A stretch of DNA of 63,974 nucleotides, counting the filler. It is 4 parts of 4 records of this genome, joined end to end, with 100 filler letters (N's around TTAATTAATTAA, not from the genome) between each part and the next. Parts side by side here need not be neighbours in the genome. Positions count along the whole stretch, not along the records: positions 1 to 30,208 come from SRR20825010_5154; 3 more parts are not named here. One strand, given 5' to 3'. The translations under genes were made by a program, and so were the position numbers. Each line of letters begins with the position of its first letter. The first letter of the stretch is position 1. A model generated the notes under the pieces. That model did not search any database and was not told where the DNA came from. It saw nothing but the letters and a program-made list of their open reading frames with translations. This document shows positions 1-11,119 of this stretch, in pieces.

Positions 1-1
1 A

Positions 2-334
2 TATGCCGGCCGCTTCCCGCTCTGGCTGGCACCGGTTCAGGCGGTGGTTGCCACCATCACCAACGATGCGGACGATTACGCGGCCGAGGTGATGGCTGCA
101 GCGAAGGCCGCCGGATTGCGGGTTGCGATGGATCGCCGGAATGAGAAAATCAACTACAAGATCCGCGAGCACAGCGAGGCCAAGATCCCGGCAATCCTCG
201 TCGTCGGCCGTCGCGAAGCGGAAGAAGGCAAGGTCGCGGTGCGGCGACTCGGCGGAAAAGCGCAAGAAGTGCTTGCACTCGACGACGCCATTACTAGACT
301 TAAAGAAGAGGCTCTGGCTCCGGATCATATCTGA
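2..334 (+). CDS. thrS: Threonine--tRNA ligase, C-terminal anticodon-binding part (5'-truncated by window edge)
   Basis: Frame open from position 2: [16 protein letters not shown]...[22 protein letters not shown]; directly upstream of infC. Confidence 0.96.
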   Translation, partial: YAGRFPLWLAPVQAVVATITNDADDYAAEVMAAAKAAGLRVAMDRRNEKINYKIREHSEAKIPAILVVGRREAEEGKVAVRRLGGKAQEVLALDDAITRLKEEALAPDHI

Positions 335-387
335 TCCGGGCTGGCTCCTCCCCACATAACAGAAACAGATAACGAAGGAGGCGATAG

Positions 388-924
388 ATCGCCAGACCAC
401 CATTCAATCAGCCGCCGGCCAAGGATGGCCCGCGGGTGAACCGTGACATTCTCGTAGAACGAGTCCGCTGCATTGATCCCGATGGGGAAATGCTTGGCGT
501 GCTGACTGTTCGCGAAGGCATTCTAAAAGCCGAAGAGTTTGGCCTCGATCTGGTTGAAGTCTCTCCGAATGCAGACCCGCCCGTCTGCAAGATCCTCGAT
601 TACGGCAAGTTCAAGTACGAGGCTCAGAAGAAGAAGAACGAAGCCAAGAAGAAGCAGAAAATCATCGAGATCAAAGAGATCAAGCTGCGTCCGAATATCG
701 ACGAGCATGATTTCGAGGTGAAGATGAAGAATGTGCGCAAATTCATCGGCGAAGGCGACAAGGTGAAAGTCACCCTGCGTTTCCGCGGCCGTGAAATGGC
801 GCACCAGGATCTCGGCATGAACGTGCTGAACCGGGTCCGCGACGAAATGGAAGAAGCGGCCAAGGTCGAGTCCTATCCGAAGATGGAAGGCCGGCAGATG
901 ATCATGGTCATCGCGCCCCGCTAA
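388..924 (+). CDS. infC: Translation initiation factor IF-3, probable non-canonical ATC start
   Basis: [26 protein letters not shown] and [12 protein letters not shown] motifs; AAGGAGG (375-381) lies 6 nt before ATC at 388, with in-frame TAG at 385-387. Confidence 0.96.
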   Translation: MARPPFNQPPAKDGPRVNRDILVERVRCIDPDGEMLGVLTVREGILKAEEFGLDLVEVSPNADPPVCKILDYGKFKYEAQKKKNEAKKKQKIIEIKEIKLRPNIDEHDFEVKMKNVRKFIGEGDKVKVTLRFRGREMAHQDLGMNVLNRVRDEMEEAAKVESYPKMEGRQMIMVIAPR

Positions 925-1084
925 CCGCCCTGCTTCGCCGCGACATTCCGTCGCTCATATGGTCCGATGGCCCCGCTCAGGCGGGGCCTTGGCATTTTTG
1001 CGGACAGAGAGGGCTGGTTTCGGATGCGTTGCGTTCTATGTTGGAACCGTTCCAGATAGTACCCACGGCATTCGGACCCATTCC

Positions 1085-2122
1085 ATGGCCCTCGCTCCCA
1101 GACAGCTGCCCTCCGATCACCCTGCTCTCGCTGGCGAGAAGATCGGCGTCCTGCTGCTCAATCTCGGCACCCCGGACGCGACGGACACCAAGTCCATCCG
1201 GCGCTACCTGAGAGAATTTCTCTCGGACGAGCGCGTCATCGAGGTCAATCCGCTGTTGTGGCAGATCATCCTCAATCTGCTCATCCTGCCCACCCGCCCC
1301 GCCAAGACCGGGCACGCCTATGAGCAGATCTGGATCAAGGAAACGAACGAGTCTCCACTGCGCCTCTATACCCGTAACCAGTCAGAGAAGCTGGCAGCCA
1401 CGCTGGCTGACAAGCACCCGAACGTCATCGTCGATTGGGGCATGCGATATGGCAATCCCAGCACCGAGAGCAAAATCAACGAGTTGAAGGAGAAGGGCTG
1501 CGAGCGCATCCTGCTGGTCGCGCTCTATCCGCAATACGCCGCCAGCACCACGGCGACGGCCTATGACAAGGCCTTCGAGGCTCTGATGAAGCTACGCTGG
1601 CAGCCGGCTGTCCGGACCGCTCCTGCCTATCATGACGAACCGGTCTATATCGAGGGCCTCGCCAATTCCATCGAGGCGCATCTGAAAGGCCTCGACTGGA
1701 CGCCGGACCTGCTCATCACCTCCTATCACGGCCTGCCGGAACGCTATTTCCTGAATGGCGATCCCTATCATTGCCATTGCTTCAAGACCACGCGTCTGGT
1801 GCGCGAGAAGCTCGGCTGGGCCGACGACAGGATGATGGTCGCCTTCCAGTCCCGCTTCGGCAAGGAAGAGTGGTTGAAGCCATACCTCCAGGACACGGTC
1901 GAGGGGCTGCCCGCGAAAGGCGTGAAGAACCTTGCCATCATCTGCCCCGGCTTTTCTGCCGACTGCGTCGAGACGCTGGAAGAGATCAATATCGGCATCC
2001 GCGAGACGTTCGCGGAAGCAGGCGGCGAGAATTTCACCTACATCCCCTGCCTGAACGATAGCGACGACGGGATGAAGGCAATCGAGGCCGTGGTGGAGCG
2101 AGAGCTGCAGGGCTGGGTTTAA
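1085..2122 (+). CDS. hemH: Ferrochelatase
   Basis: GVLLLNLGTP, LYPQYA, SYHGLP, FQSRFG..EWL.PY, PGFSADCVETLEE motifs; start placed at ATG 1085. Confidence 0.96.
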   Translation: MALAPRQLPSDHPALAGEKIGVLLLNLGTPDATDTKSIRRYLREFLSDERVIEVNPLLWQIILNLLILPTRPAKTGHAYEQIWIKETNESPLRLYTRNQSEKLAATLADKHPNVIVDWGMRYGNPSTESKINELKEKGCERILLVALYPQYAASTTATAYDKAFEALMKLRWQPAVRTAPAYHDEPVYIEGLANSIEAHLKGLDWTPDLLITSYHGLPERYFLNGDPYHCHCFKTTRLVREKLGWADDRMMVAFQSRFGKEEWLKPYLQDTVEGLPAKGVKNLAIICPGFSADCVETLEEINIGIRETFAEAGGENFTYIPCLNDSDDGMKAIEAVVERELQGWV

Positions 2123-2198
2123 CCTCCTGAACGGTTCCCCGACGGGCTTTTACCGCCCGCCCAGGCCCGCGACCAAAATCCGGTGACGATCACTCGAA

Positions 2199-2234
2199 AC
2201 TGAAAGGCCGGACTCCACCGGCCTTTCAGTCTTT
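2199..2234 (+). terminator. Intrinsic terminator after hemH
   Basis: Perfect 13-bp stem ACTGAAAGGCCGG-actcca-CCGGCCTTTCAGT followed by CTTT. Confidence 0.7.
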
Positions 2235-2525
2235 AGAGCTCCTCAAGTACAGCAATAAGCGGCCAGCAGGAGGAGCATCAACCGGACGGCAAACCCTGAC
2301 GATAATTCTGCCTGATATCGGCAATTTCTCTACCGCGTTAAGCTCTTCAATAAACCAGAGAACAATTCAAAAAAAAACCATAAACAAAAACATCAAATCC
2401 AACGAAAAATATCGAAAAATACTGAATTAATAGTTTTCTTTTTTTGATGGATACTTCCAGCAATCACACTAATATGTATAAGGTTAAAATAAGTCACCTC
2501 CATAACGAGGGGATAGGAAACGTCC

Positions 2526-3095
2526 ATGTTCGGTTTAGGAAAAGAAAAAAGCGCCGAAGACGAAGCAAAGCAGCGGCAGATTGAAGCATTGAAAGCCTCT
2601 ATTGAGGCCGCGCTGATGCAGATGAAAAAGCAGGCCGAAGCAGGCCTGACGGACCGCTGCGAAGCCAGCGCGAAACGTCTGACGGAAATCCTCAAGAACC
2701 CGAAACTGCCAAACGACTTTGCCAAGCAGGCCCGGGGTGGCGTCGATGCGCTGATGCTGCACGTCTACATGAAGGCCACAGCCCTCGCCTCCAAGGCGGC
2801 TATTGATGCAGCCAGGGAAGATGATCTCGAAAAGCGATCGGCGAAGATCAAGGAAGCGCGGGAGAAACTTTCCGGCGCCATGAAGTACAAGGCCTCCCCG
2901 GATTTTAAACAACAATGCGAGCGTATGCTTGAAGTCGCCATGTTCTCTGGTGGCGTCAAGGCAAAGGGGCCGACGAAAGCCAAACCGCGCGATACGGCTC
3001 CGAAAGTCGAAAACCGGGCAAAACCGGGTGATACCGCACCGGAGCATAAAGCGGGCAACTTCCTGGAAAAACACACAAAACCGGTCGGCGTCTGA
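2526..3095 (+). CDS. Hypothetical alpha-helical protein, paralogue of 3317-3829
   Basis: ORF preceded by AGGA; strong similarity to next ORF (KQAE.G.T..CEASAK, KIKEAR..L.GA..YKA, CERMLE.A.FSGGV.AKGPT.AKP). Confidence 0.85.
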   Translation: MFGLGKEKSAEDEAKQRQIEALKASIEAALMQMKKQAEAGLTDRCEASAKRLTEILKNPKLPNDFAKQARGGVDALMLHVYMKATALASKAAIDAAREDDLEKRSAKIKEAREKLSGAMKYKASPDFKQQCERMLEVAMFSGGVKAKGPTKAKPRDTAPKVENRAKPGDTAPEHKAGNFLEKHTKPVGV

Positions 3096-3316
3096 CGACC
3101 TGCGGCTGATCACCGGTTCAGTCGCCGCCTTATGCGAACGGCCTCATCTGACCATGTGCTGCTTGCATAAGATGGCGTTCTACGGCCTGCGCTTCCGCAA
3201 CCTGCAATCGACAATTTTGGCCTGGCCTTCATTTTTATATAGCAATTAGATAAAAAGCATTTTAATCTTTACACATCATTAACCACGCACCATCAACAGA
3301 AAGTTGGAGGCTGCCG

Positions 3317-3829
3317 ATGTTTGGTCACATTGAAACCCGGACTGCCGAGGCTGACGAGGCACTCCGCCGGATTCACGAGTTGGCGCCCGCCGTCAACGGA
3401 GCTCTCTCCCAGATCAAGAAGCAGGCCGAAAGCGGCCGCACGGCCCACTGCGAAGCGTCGGCCAAGTGCCTGAAAGAAGCGATCAAAAGCGCCAAGCTGC
3501 CGAAGGATTATACCGACGAGGCAACAGGTGCCGTCGATACCATATTGCTGCACGCTTTCATGAAAGCCACCTCGATCGCCTCCAGGGCCGCCATCGAAGC
3601 CGCCATGAAAGACGAGATCGAACGGCGCGCGATGAAGATCAAGGAAGCCCGCGCACAGCTGGCCGGCGCCATTCGGTACAAAGCTCCCCAGGAATTCCGC
3701 CGCAAGTGCGAACGCATGCTTGAAACGGCACTATTCTCCGGCGGCGTCAGGGCAAAGGGTCCGACACGGGCAAAGCCGGGCGATATGATGCTGGAGGATG
3801 AAGGGTTCGTGGAAATGGCCAGGGCCTGA
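3317..3829 (+). CDS. Hypothetical alpha-helical protein, paralogue of 2526-3095
   Basis: GGAGG 6 nt before ATG; shared motifs with upstream ORF. Confidence 0.85.
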   Translation: MFGHIETRTAEADEALRRIHELAPAVNGALSQIKKQAESGRTAHCEASAKCLKEAIKSAKLPKDYTDEATGAVDTILLHAFMKATSIASRAAIEAAMKDEIERRAMKIKEARAQLAGAIRYKAPQEFRRKCERMLETALFSGGVRAKGPTRAKPGDMMLEDEGFVEMARA

Positions 3830-3859
3830 GATAGCACTACGGCTCGTCTGCGAACTCTC

Positions 3860-3944
3860 CTTATCCCAAACCTGATCGGGATCCATGGGGCCGGGCGCAC
3901 AGCCTTACGAGAAGATGGGTCCCAGCTCTCCGGCCGGGATGACG
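3860..3944. repeat. Degenerate CGTC-type REP-like dimer
   Basis: CTTATCCC...GGGATCCAT spacer ATGGGTCCC...GGGATGACG, same architecture as 17454, 22182 and 29511 copies. Confidence 0.6.
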
Positions 3945-3952
3945 ATGGAATG

Positions 3953-3982
3953 AAAAAGGCCGGGCACATGCCCGGCCTTTTT
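3953..3982. terminator. Bidirectional intrinsic terminator after pheT
   Basis: AAAAAGGCCGGGCA-ca-TGCCCGGCCTTTTT between convergent genes. Confidence 0.85.
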
Positions 3983-4000
3983 GCATTTTGATAAAATCAC

Positions 4001-6400
4001 TTAGCCCCGAATGCGGCCGCCTGTGACCTTTTCGACCTGGGCGACGATCTTGCGCGTGACGTCGCCGATCTGCTCGTCCGTCAGGGTGGCGTCGACCGGT
4101 TGCAGGGTGACCTGGAGGGCGATGGACTTTTCCGTCTCTTCCAGACCCTTGCCCTGATACTCGTCGAACAGATGCACGCCGGAGATCAGCGCCTTGTCGG
4201 CACCGGCTGCGGCCCGGATCAGCTTTTCCGCCGGCACGTCCTTCTCCACCACGAAGGCGAAATCGCGGGTCAGCGGCTGGAACGGGGACAGCTTCAGGAA
4301 CGGCTTTGCCGGGCCCTTGGCTTTCGGTGTCGGCACCTTGGCGAGGAAAATCTCGAAAGCCACAGCCGGGCCCTTCAGATCCATCGCCTTCAGCACCTTC
4401 GGATGCAGCTCACCGAAGGTCGCCAGCACGTTCGGCCCGAGGCGCAGCGCGCCAGAGCGGCCCGGATGGTACCAGGCAGGTGCATCGGTCGAGACCTGCA
4501 GGTTGCCCGCCGGTGCATCCAGTGCTTCCAGCAGTGCCATGACGTCCGCCTTGGCGTCGAAGGCATCGACGGCACGGGTCGAGCCCGCCCAGTCTTTCGG
4601 GCCGGTGCGGCCGGTGCGCAGTCCCGCCACAACCGTGGACTGCCCCTTCGGCGTCGCGTCCGCATATTGCGGGCCGACTTCGAACAGGGACGCATCGCCT
4701 GCGCCCATATTCGCGCCTCGGACAGCCGCCGCGATCAGATTCGGCAGGATCGAGGGACGCATCACATCCAGCTCGCTGGAGATCGGGTTGACCAGTTTCA
4801 GCTCGTCCGCGCCGCCACCAAAGAGTTCGGCCTCATCCTGCGACAGGAAGGAGAAGGTAACCGCCTCCATCATGCCCCGGGACGCCAGCAGGCGCTTGGA
4901 CGTGCCTTCTCGGACCTGCGCCTTGCTCAGCGCCGGCTCCGGCACCACATGCCCCGTCTGCATGGAGACAACCGGGATCTCGTCATAGCCGTTGATCCGG
5001 ATGATCTCCTCAACGAGACAGGCCTCGCCCTCGACATCGCGATAGCGCCAGGGCGGCATAACCGCGCTGATTGCCTCGCCACTGCCGGAGACCTCGAAGC
5101 CGAGCCGCGTCAGGATATCCTTGGCCCGCTCTTCCGGCACATCTATCCCTGCGAGGCCCTTGATCCGGGAATGGCGCAGCGTGATGGTTTGCTGCCAGTC
5201 TTCTTCCTGACCGTGCACCACCAGCTCGCTTGCCTCGCCGCCGCAGATCTCCTGCACCAGCTTGGTGGCAAGATGGACACCCCAGGTCGGCCCCGTCGGA
5301 TCGAGGCCGCGCTCGAACCGGTAGCGGGCATCGCTCAGCACGTTCAGCTTGCGGCCTGTCATGGCAACTGCGACCGGATCGAAGATCGCAACCTCGAGAT
5401 ACATGTTCACGGTCTCGTCGGAACAGCCGGTACGCTCGCCGCCCATGATCCCGGCCATGTCGTCGATGCCATGCTCGTCGCCAAGCACCAGCATGCCGTC
5501 CTCGAAGGTGTAGGTCTTCTCGTTCAGCGCCTCATATGTCTCGCCTGCCTTGGAGAGACGGATGCGGATCTTGCCGCCGGAAACCTTGTCCGCATCATAG
5601 GCATGCAGCGGACGGCCGACATCGAGCATCATGTAGTTGGTGATATCGACCAGCGCCGAGATCGGGCGCAGACCGACGGCAACCAGCCGGTCCTGCATCC
5701 ATTTCGGGCTCGGGCCGTTCTTCACGCCCTTGAAATAGCGGCCGACCACATAAGGCACCAGTGACGGCTCCGGCACATCCACATCCCAGGTGATCGGGCT
5801 TGCGAAGGTGCCTTTCACTTCCGGGATATCGAGCGGCTTCAGGGTCCCGAGACCGGCAGCGGCAAGATCGCGGGCAATGCCGCGCACGCCAAGGCAGTCC
5901 GCCCGGTCCGGCGTGATGGCAATATCGATCACAGGATCGTCCAGCCCGGCATATTCGGCGTAGGACATGCCCACCGGCGCATCTTCCGCCAGGTCGATGA
6001 TGCCGTCATGCTCGTCGGACAGGCCCAGCTCGCGCTCGGAGCAGAGCATGCCATTGCTCTCCTCGCCGCGGATGACGCCTTTCTTCAGATCGACGCCGGT
6101 GCCCGGAACGTGGCTGCCGGACGGGGCGAAGACGCCCTTCATGCCGGTGCGTGCATTCGGCGCACCGCAAACCACCTGGATGGTCTCCGTGCCGGTATCG
6201 ACCTTGCAGACGCGCAGCCGGTCCGCATTCGGATGCTGCACCGCCTCGATGACATGGGCGATGGTGAAGGGCGACAGCTTTTCAGCCGGATTGATCAGCT
6301 CTTCGACCTCAAGCCCGAGCATCGGCAGGGTGTCGCAGATCTGCTCGAGCGTGGCCTCGGTCTCGAGATGCTCTTTCAGCCAGGACAGCGAGAACTTCAT
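4001..6400 (-). CDS. pheT: Phenylalanine--tRNA ligase beta subunit
   Basis: [53 protein letters not shown]; 799 aa; 4-nt overlap with pheS. Confidence 0.98.
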   Translation of the reverse strand: MKFSLSWLKEHLETEATLEQICDTLPMLGLEVEELINPAEKLSPFTIAHVIEAVQHPNADRLRVCKVDTGTETIQVVCGAPNARTGMKGVFAPSGSHVPGTGVDLKKGVIRGEESNGMLCSERELGLSDEHDGIIDLAEDAPVGMSYAEYAGLDDPVIDIAITPDRADCLGVRGIARDLAAAGLGTLKPLDIPEVKGTFASPITWDVDVPEPSLVPYVVGRYFKGVKNGPSPKWMQDRLVAVGLRPISALVDITNYMMLDVGRPLHAYDADKVSGGKIRIRLSKAGETYEALNEKTYTFEDGMLVLGDEHGIDDMAGIMGGERTGCSDETVNMYLEVAIFDPVAVAMTGRKLNVLSDARYRFERGLDPTGPTWGVHLATKLVQEICGGEASELVVHGQEEDWQQTITLRHSRIKGLAGIDVPEERAKDILTRLGFEVSGSGEAISAVMPPWRYRDVEGEACLVEEIIRINGYDEIPVVSMQTGHVVPEPALSKAQVREGTSKRLLASRGMMEAVTFSFLSQDEAELFGGGADELKLVNPISSELDVMRPSILPNLIAAAVRGANMGAGDASLFEVGPQYADATPKGQSTVVAGLRTGRTGPKDWAGSTRAVDAFDAKADVMALLEALDAPAGNLQVSTDAPAWYHPGRSGALRLGPNVLATFGELHPKVLKAMDLKGPAVAFEIFLAKVPTPKAKGPAKPFLKLSPFQPLTRDFAFVVEKDVPAEKLIRAAAGADKALISGVHLFDEYQGKGLEETEKSIALQVTLQPVDATLTDEQIGDVTRKIVAQVEKVTGGRIRG

Positions 6401-7473
6401 CGGTTGAGCCCTCCGGCCAGATTGGGAACATCGAAGGGCATGAAGCCGTAATGTTTCAGCCAGCGCAGATCGCTGTCATAGAACGGGCGCAGATCGGGGA
6501 TGCCGTATTTCAGCATGGCGATCCGCTCGATCCCCATACCGAAGGCAAAGCCCTGATATTCGGTCGAGTCGATACCGCAATATTCCAGCACCTTCGGATG
6601 CACCATGCCGCAGCCGAGGATCTCCAGCCAGTCGTCGCCAGCGCCGATCTTGAACTCGCCGCCCTTGCGGGTGCAGCCGATATCGACCTCGGCCGACGGC
6701 TCCGTGAACGGGAAGTAGGACGGTCGGAAGCGCACCGGCAGATCGTCGACGCCGAAGAAAGCGCGGCAGAAGTCGATCAGGCAGCCTTTGAGGTGGCCCA
6801 TATGGGTACTCTTGTCGATCACCAGCCCCTCGACCTGATGGAACATCGGGGAGTGCGTGGCGTCATGGTCCGAGCGGAAGGTCCGGCCCGGGCAGATGAT
6901 CCGGATCGGCGGGGTCTTCTTCTCCATGGTGCGGATCTGCACCGGGGAGGTGTGCGTGCGCAGAACGCGCGGCGTGCCGCTCTCGTCCGGCGGCAGATAG
7001 AAGGTGTCGAGTTCCTGACGGGCCGGATGCTCGGGCGGGATATTGAGCGCGGTGAAGTTGTAGTAGTCGCTCTCGATATGCGGCCCTTCGGCGACGGAGA
7101 AGCCCATCTCGGCGAAGATCTGGGTCAGCTCTTCGATGGTCTGGGTGATCGGATGCACCCGGCCAGATGTCTCCGGGCGGGCCGGCAGGGAAACGTCTAT
7201 CCGCTCGGCCAGAAGCCGGGCGTCCAGCGCCGCATCCTCAAAGCCGGTCTTGCGCGCCTCGATGGCTGCCTGGATCTCGTCCTTCAGACGGTTCAGGGCT
7301 TGCCCGGCTTCCTTGCGCTGCTCCGGGTCGAGACCGCCGAGCTGTTTCATCAGGCCCGTGATACGGCCCTTCTTGCCAAGAGCGCCGACACGGAGCTCTT
7401 CCAGAGCGGCAAGGTCTCCCGCGCCATCAACGGCGGCGGCGAGTTCCGCTCTCAGTGTTTCAACGTCCTGCAT
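6397..7473 (-). CDS. pheS: Phenylalanine--tRNA ligase alpha subunit
   Basis: HPAR...[50 protein letters not shown]. Confidence 0.98.
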   Translation of the reverse strand: MQDVETLRAELAAAVDGAGDLAALEELRVGALGKKGRITGLMKQLGGLDPEQRKEAGQALNRLKDEIQAAIEARKTGFEDAALDARLLAERIDVSLPARPETSGRVHPITQTIEELTQIFAEMGFSVAEGPHIESDYYNFTALNIPPEHPARQELDTFYLPPDESGTPRVLRTHTSPVQIRTMEKKTPPIRIICPGRTFRSDHDATHSPMFHQVEGLVIDKSTHMGHLKGCLIDFCRAFFGVDDLPVRFRPSYFPFTEPSAEVDIGCTRKGGEFKIGAGDDWLEILGCGMVHPKVLEYCGIDSTEYQGFAFGMGIERIAMLKYGIPDLRPFYDSDLRWLKHYGFMPFDVPNLAGGLNR

Positions 7474-7526
7474 GATCCTCTTTCACCCCAAATCGGTGCC
7501 GGTTCCGGTCCAGCGCGGGTTCCTTA

Positions 7527-7562
7527 AAGCAAAAGGGGCCCGGCTAAGGCCAGACCCCTTTT
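7527..7562 (-). terminator. Intrinsic terminator between rplT and pheS
   Basis: Minus strand GGGGUCUGGC-cuua-GCCGGGCCCC (two G-U pairs) followed by UUUUGCUUU. Confidence 0.7.
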
Positions 7563-7608
7563 CAACTCTTTTACCGATAGACTGCCGGATAATCCGGCAT
7601 GCCTCGTA

Positions 7609-7974
7609 TTAGTCGGCGGTTCCGAGCGCGGCCTGGGCTTGATCGACCAGGCTTTTAAACGCCGCCGGCTCGTGGATCGCGAGATCCGAGAGCACCTTGC
7701 GGTCGAGCTCGATACCGGCCTTCTTCAGACCATTCATGAACTTCGAATAGGTCAGACCATAGCTGCGCGCACCGGCATTGATGCGCTGAATCCAGAGCGC
7801 GCGGAAGTCGCGCTTGCGGACCCGGCGATCACGATAGGCGTACTGAGCCGCCTTCTCCATCGCCTGTACGGCAACGCGGAAGACGTTCTTCCGGCGGCCG
7901 TAATAGCCTTTGGTCTTGTCCGTAACTTTCTTATGACGGGCGTGAGCCGTGACGCCCCGTTTTACACGTGCCAT
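7609..7974 (-). CDS. rplT: 50S ribosomal protein L20
   Basis: [45 protein letters not shown]. Confidence 0.98.
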   Translation of the reverse strand: MARVKRGVTAHARHKKVTDKTKGYYGRRKNVFRVAVQAMEKAAQYAYRDRRVRKRDFRALWIQRINAGARSYGLTYSKFMNGLKKAGIELDRKVLSDLAIHEPAAFKSLVDQAQAALGTAD

Positions 7975-7989
7975 CTCTGGTGCCCTTTC

Positions 7990-8187
7990 TTAAGCGTACG
8001 GAAGGAATTGTTTGACGATTTTCGCATCGGCATCGGACAGGATCATCGTCCCGCGGGCCTTGCGCTTCATCTTCTGGGATTTGTTCGACAGCTGATGGCG
8101 CTTGTAGGCGACGTTACCACGCACCTTGCCGCTGCCCGTGAGCCGGAACCGCTTCTTGGCGCCGCTCTTGGTCTTCATCTTGGGCAT
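7990..8187 (-). CDS. rpmI: 50S ribosomal protein L35
   Basis: [19 protein letters not shown]...LPYA; start moved to internal ATG 8187. Confidence 0.97.
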   Translation of the reverse strand: MPKMKTKSGAKKRFRLTGSGKVRGNVAYKRHQLSNKSQKMKRKARGTMILSDADAKIVKQFLPYA

Positions 8188-8344
8188 TTCGATCTCCGTT
8201 TTAGCGGTTACTACCTGCCGGTCTGGCATGCCCTACAAGCCATGACGCGGCGCTGCCCCAGGATCTCTCATGGGGAGGCGGGGTTATACAGAGCGAGCGT
8301 GGGAGAATCAAGCGGACTCTGTGGCCCGCATAGCTGCCCGTCAC

Positions 8345-9082
8345 CTACCGGGCATGTTCCGGCAGCAGGGACGTCTCCGCGTGCAGCCGCTCCGGATCGT
8401 TATAGAACGGATCGGTGCCTGCCGGTTGCAGGATCACCTCGCGGTCTTCAATGCCGCCGGGTGCGGTTGCAAGACGCCAGTATTCGGCAGCGATCAGATC
8501 CGGGTCGAACGGGCCGTCCGGCGCCACGATGCCGCAGATCGCAATCACCGAGACATGCACGCCTTGCGGCGCCAGCTCCTTATAAAGCGAGAGCGAGAGG
8601 CTTCGCAGGGCCGCCTTGCCGAGGGCGAGCGAAGTCCATTCCGGAAACGGCTCCAGCGCCAGGCCACCACCGGTAAAGAGGATCGCGCCCCTGCCCCGCT
8701 CGACCATGCCCGGGGCGACGCGCTTTGCCGCCCGGTGCGCGCCCAGCAGATTGACGGACAGCTCGGCCTCGATCCGGTCCGTCTCAAGTTCCAAAGCCGT
8801 CGCGGGTTTCAGAACGGCAGCGTTAAAGATCAGGGCATCGCACGGGCCGAGCGTGTCTGTCAGAGCCGTCAGCGCGCCTTCGAGGCCAACGGCATCTCCC
8901 GCATCCGCCGCGCGCCAGGCGACAGTGGCGCCCGCCCCGGACAATCTTTCCGCCATCGCCTCCAGCTTGCCCGCATCGCGCGCCATCAGGCCGATGGAAT
9001 ACCCGCCCAAGGCAAACCGTCTGGCAATGGCTTCGCCAACGCCGGGACCGACGCCGATAAGGAGACAAACAGGCATTCTCAT
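8345..9082 (-). CDS. Short-chain dehydrogenase/reductase (SDR)
   Basis: IGVGPGVGEA Rossmann motif, LIFNAA, VNLLGA, ILFTGG, GKAALRSL; exact start uncertain (9082 or 9076). Confidence 0.88.
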   Translation of the reverse strand: MRMPVCLLIGVGPGVGEAIARRFALGGYSIGLMARDAGKLEAMAERLSGAGATVAWRAADAGDAVGLEGALTALTDTLGPCDALIFNAAVLKPATALELETDRIEAELSVNLLGAHRAAKRVAPGMVERGRGAILFTGGGLALEPFPEWTSLALGKAALRSLSLSLYKELAPQGVHVSVIAICGIVAPDGPFDPDLIAAEYWRLATAPGGIEDREVILQPAGTDPFYNDPERLHAETSLLPEHAR

Positions 9083-9112
9083 TCCGTCCTTCCACACGCA
9101 GGAGCGTTTCGA

Positions 9113-10291
9113 TCAGAAACGCGTGCGGACAATCAGTGTGAGCACGAAGGAAGCACAGGCGCAAAGCGCGATAACGGCGACCATCGGGATTGCCGTTCCA
9201 TCAAAGAACGGCCCCGTGGCAACAATCATAAGGCCGCCCGTCAGCATTTGCAGGGTTCCGCCAAAGGAAGAGGCAAGCCCGGCAATCGCGCCATGCTCGT
9301 CCAGTGCCATGACCATCGTCGTCGGCAAGGCGAGGCCGAAGCCCGCATTCGCGCACAGCAGAAAACCGATCACCACGAACAGATGCACCTCCGTCGTCAG
9401 CAGGAGGGCAAGCAGGATCGTGGCGGATGCGGCGAAGAATGCCGTCCCAAGCCGGATCACGACGGTCAGGCCGAACCGCTCCGCCAGCGGCCCGGCAAGC
9501 TGACACGCGCCGAAAAAACCAACAGCATTCACGGCAAAGGCAAGGGCGAACTCAGTCGGACCCAGGCCATACTGGTCCCGGTAGACGAAAGCGGCCGAGG
9601 CGATGAAGACAAAGAAGCTCGCCATGCCAAAGGCGCCGACGAAGGTCAGTGACAGGAATTGCCGGTCGAGGATGAGTGTCCGCATCCCCTTGAAAAGGGC
9701 GCGCAGGTTAAACGGCACCCGATCGGACTTCGCCAGGGTCTCCGGCAGCATCGTCCCCGTGACCAGCAAGCTGAGAAGCGCGCCGCCACAGAGAATGAAG
9801 AAGATCGCCCGCCAGCCGAAGACCGGCACGACGAAACTGCCTGCCAGCGGCGCCAGCATCGGCGAGATGGAGATCACCAGCATGATCAGCGCCATCAGCT
9901 TCGTCGCCGCCGCGCCCGTATGCAAATCACGGATGATCGCGCGCGGCAGCACCATCAACGCCGCACCGCCCAAACCCTGAAGAAAGCGCCAGGCGGTCAG
10001 CTCCACCGCCGTTCCGGCCAGCGCGGCACCGACCGACCCGGCCAGAAACACCAGAAGCCCGACATAGATCGGCAGCTTCCGCCCGGCCTGATCCGCCCAC
10101 GGCCCATAGACCATCTGCGCCAGACCAAAGCCGATGAAATAGGCCGTGATCGTCGCCTGGATCGCCGTCTCGTCAACGCCGAGATCCGCGACGATCTCCG
10201 GCATCGCCGGCAAGTACATGTCGATCGCGAACGGCCCGACAAGCGAGAGCAATCCAAGCACCAGGGCGGACCGCCAAAGGCTCAGCGTCAT
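9113..10291 (-). CDS. Bcr/CflA family multidrug efflux MFS transporter
   Basis: GPFAIDMYLPA.P, YGP.AD..GRK, RFLQGLG, PRAIIRD, SP.LAPL.G, LPET; many hydrophobic segments. Confidence 0.93.
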   Translation of the reverse strand: MTLSLWRSALVLGLLSLVGPFAIDMYLPAMPEIVADLGVDETAIQATITAYFIGFGLAQMVYGPWADQAGRKLPIYVGLLVFLAGSVGAALAGTAVELTAWRFLQGLGGAALMVLPRAIIRDLHTGAAATKLMALIMLVISISPMLAPLAGSFVVPVFGWRAIFFILCGGALLSLLVTGTMLPETLAKSDRVPFNLRALFKGMRTLILDRQFLSLTFVGAFGMASFFVFIASAAFVYRDQYGLGPTEFALAFAVNAVGFFGACQLAGPLAERFGLTVVIRLGTAFFAASATILLALLLTTEVHLFVVIGFLLCANAGFGLALPTTMVMALDEHGAIAGLASSFGGTLQMLTGGLMIVATGPFFDGTAIPMVAVIALCACASFVLTLIVRTRF

Positions 10292-10405
10292 CTGAATATC
10301 CTGCTTCAAGAAAGTTCGCCCGCAGCGTCAGGCAGCGGGCCACGGTTTTATACATAATTGAAAGAGGTGTATCGACCGGTTTATCCGGCGCAAGCAGTCA
10401 CGATT

Positions 10406-10927
10406 TTAACAGTTCTTTGTCCCGTTGGCAGCCAGCCGCAGCTCCCGCAACTGGCCAGTCAGCTCCACCATGTGATTGGAGACAACAACCTGCTGCTTCT
10501 CCCCGTCCGCGACCGGACACACCACACGCTCCCAATCGCACGGCGCCCGTGAATGGACATAGGGGTTGCGGCAGAGGATCAACCGTTCCTCCCTCACGGC
10601 GCGCAGATATTGCTCCCTGAGGATGTCACCCACATCGGGGCCCAGATCGGCAACCCACTTTCCCGTCAGCTCGAACCCTGTGCGGCTCGCGATCTCGCTT
10701 CCATAAAGGCGATAACGGAAATCTTCGCGGTCCGGGTCAAATTCCAGGATCATGATATTGCCGAGCCAGGGCTTCAGGGTTTCAAGGGAGAAGTCGTTCC
10801 GGGACGCCATACCGTCGCGCGGCTTCACCTTCAGGCAATATTCAAGGAATGAAACCGAACGCTCATGCGACGGCTTGATGTCATCCGTTTCAGGATACCA
10901 AATCGAAAATTCTTTTGGATCGATCAA
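10406..10927 (-). CDS. Stand-alone PAS (PAS_5-like) domain protein
   Basis: LKPWLGNIMILE...FRYRLYG.EI....G.ELTGK pattern; TTG start preceded by GGAG. Confidence 0.75.
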   Translation of the reverse strand: MIDPKEFSIWYPETDDIKPSHERSVSFLEYCLKVKPRDGMASRNDFSLETLKPWLGNIMILEFDPDREDFRYRLYGSEIASRTGFELTGKWVADLGPDVGDILREQYLRAVREERLILCRNPYVHSRAPCDWERVVCPVADGEKQQVVVSNHMVELTGQLRELRLAANGTKNC

Positions 10928-11119
10928 GCTTAACTCCAGCTCTCCATCCCCAAGTCGATTAAACCATACAATGCCCCTTAAATGCTAAAATCAGTAAAAT
11001 ACTGCATTCGAGATGTCGTGAACGCTCGCAAAGCCCGGCCCCGCTACGCGCGAACCGTTGACCTTCGCCCCGCCGCGCCCTAGCTTCCCGCGCACTATTG
11101 CAAGCTCAAGGAAAAAAAC

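Noticed and set aside
4100-5764. Long antisense ORFs (also 6451-7527, 8270-9652, 16414-17376, 18856-20001, 26468-27367, 48163-49179)
   Set aside because: Shadow frames opposite well-supported genes, expected in high-GC DNA; no motifs.
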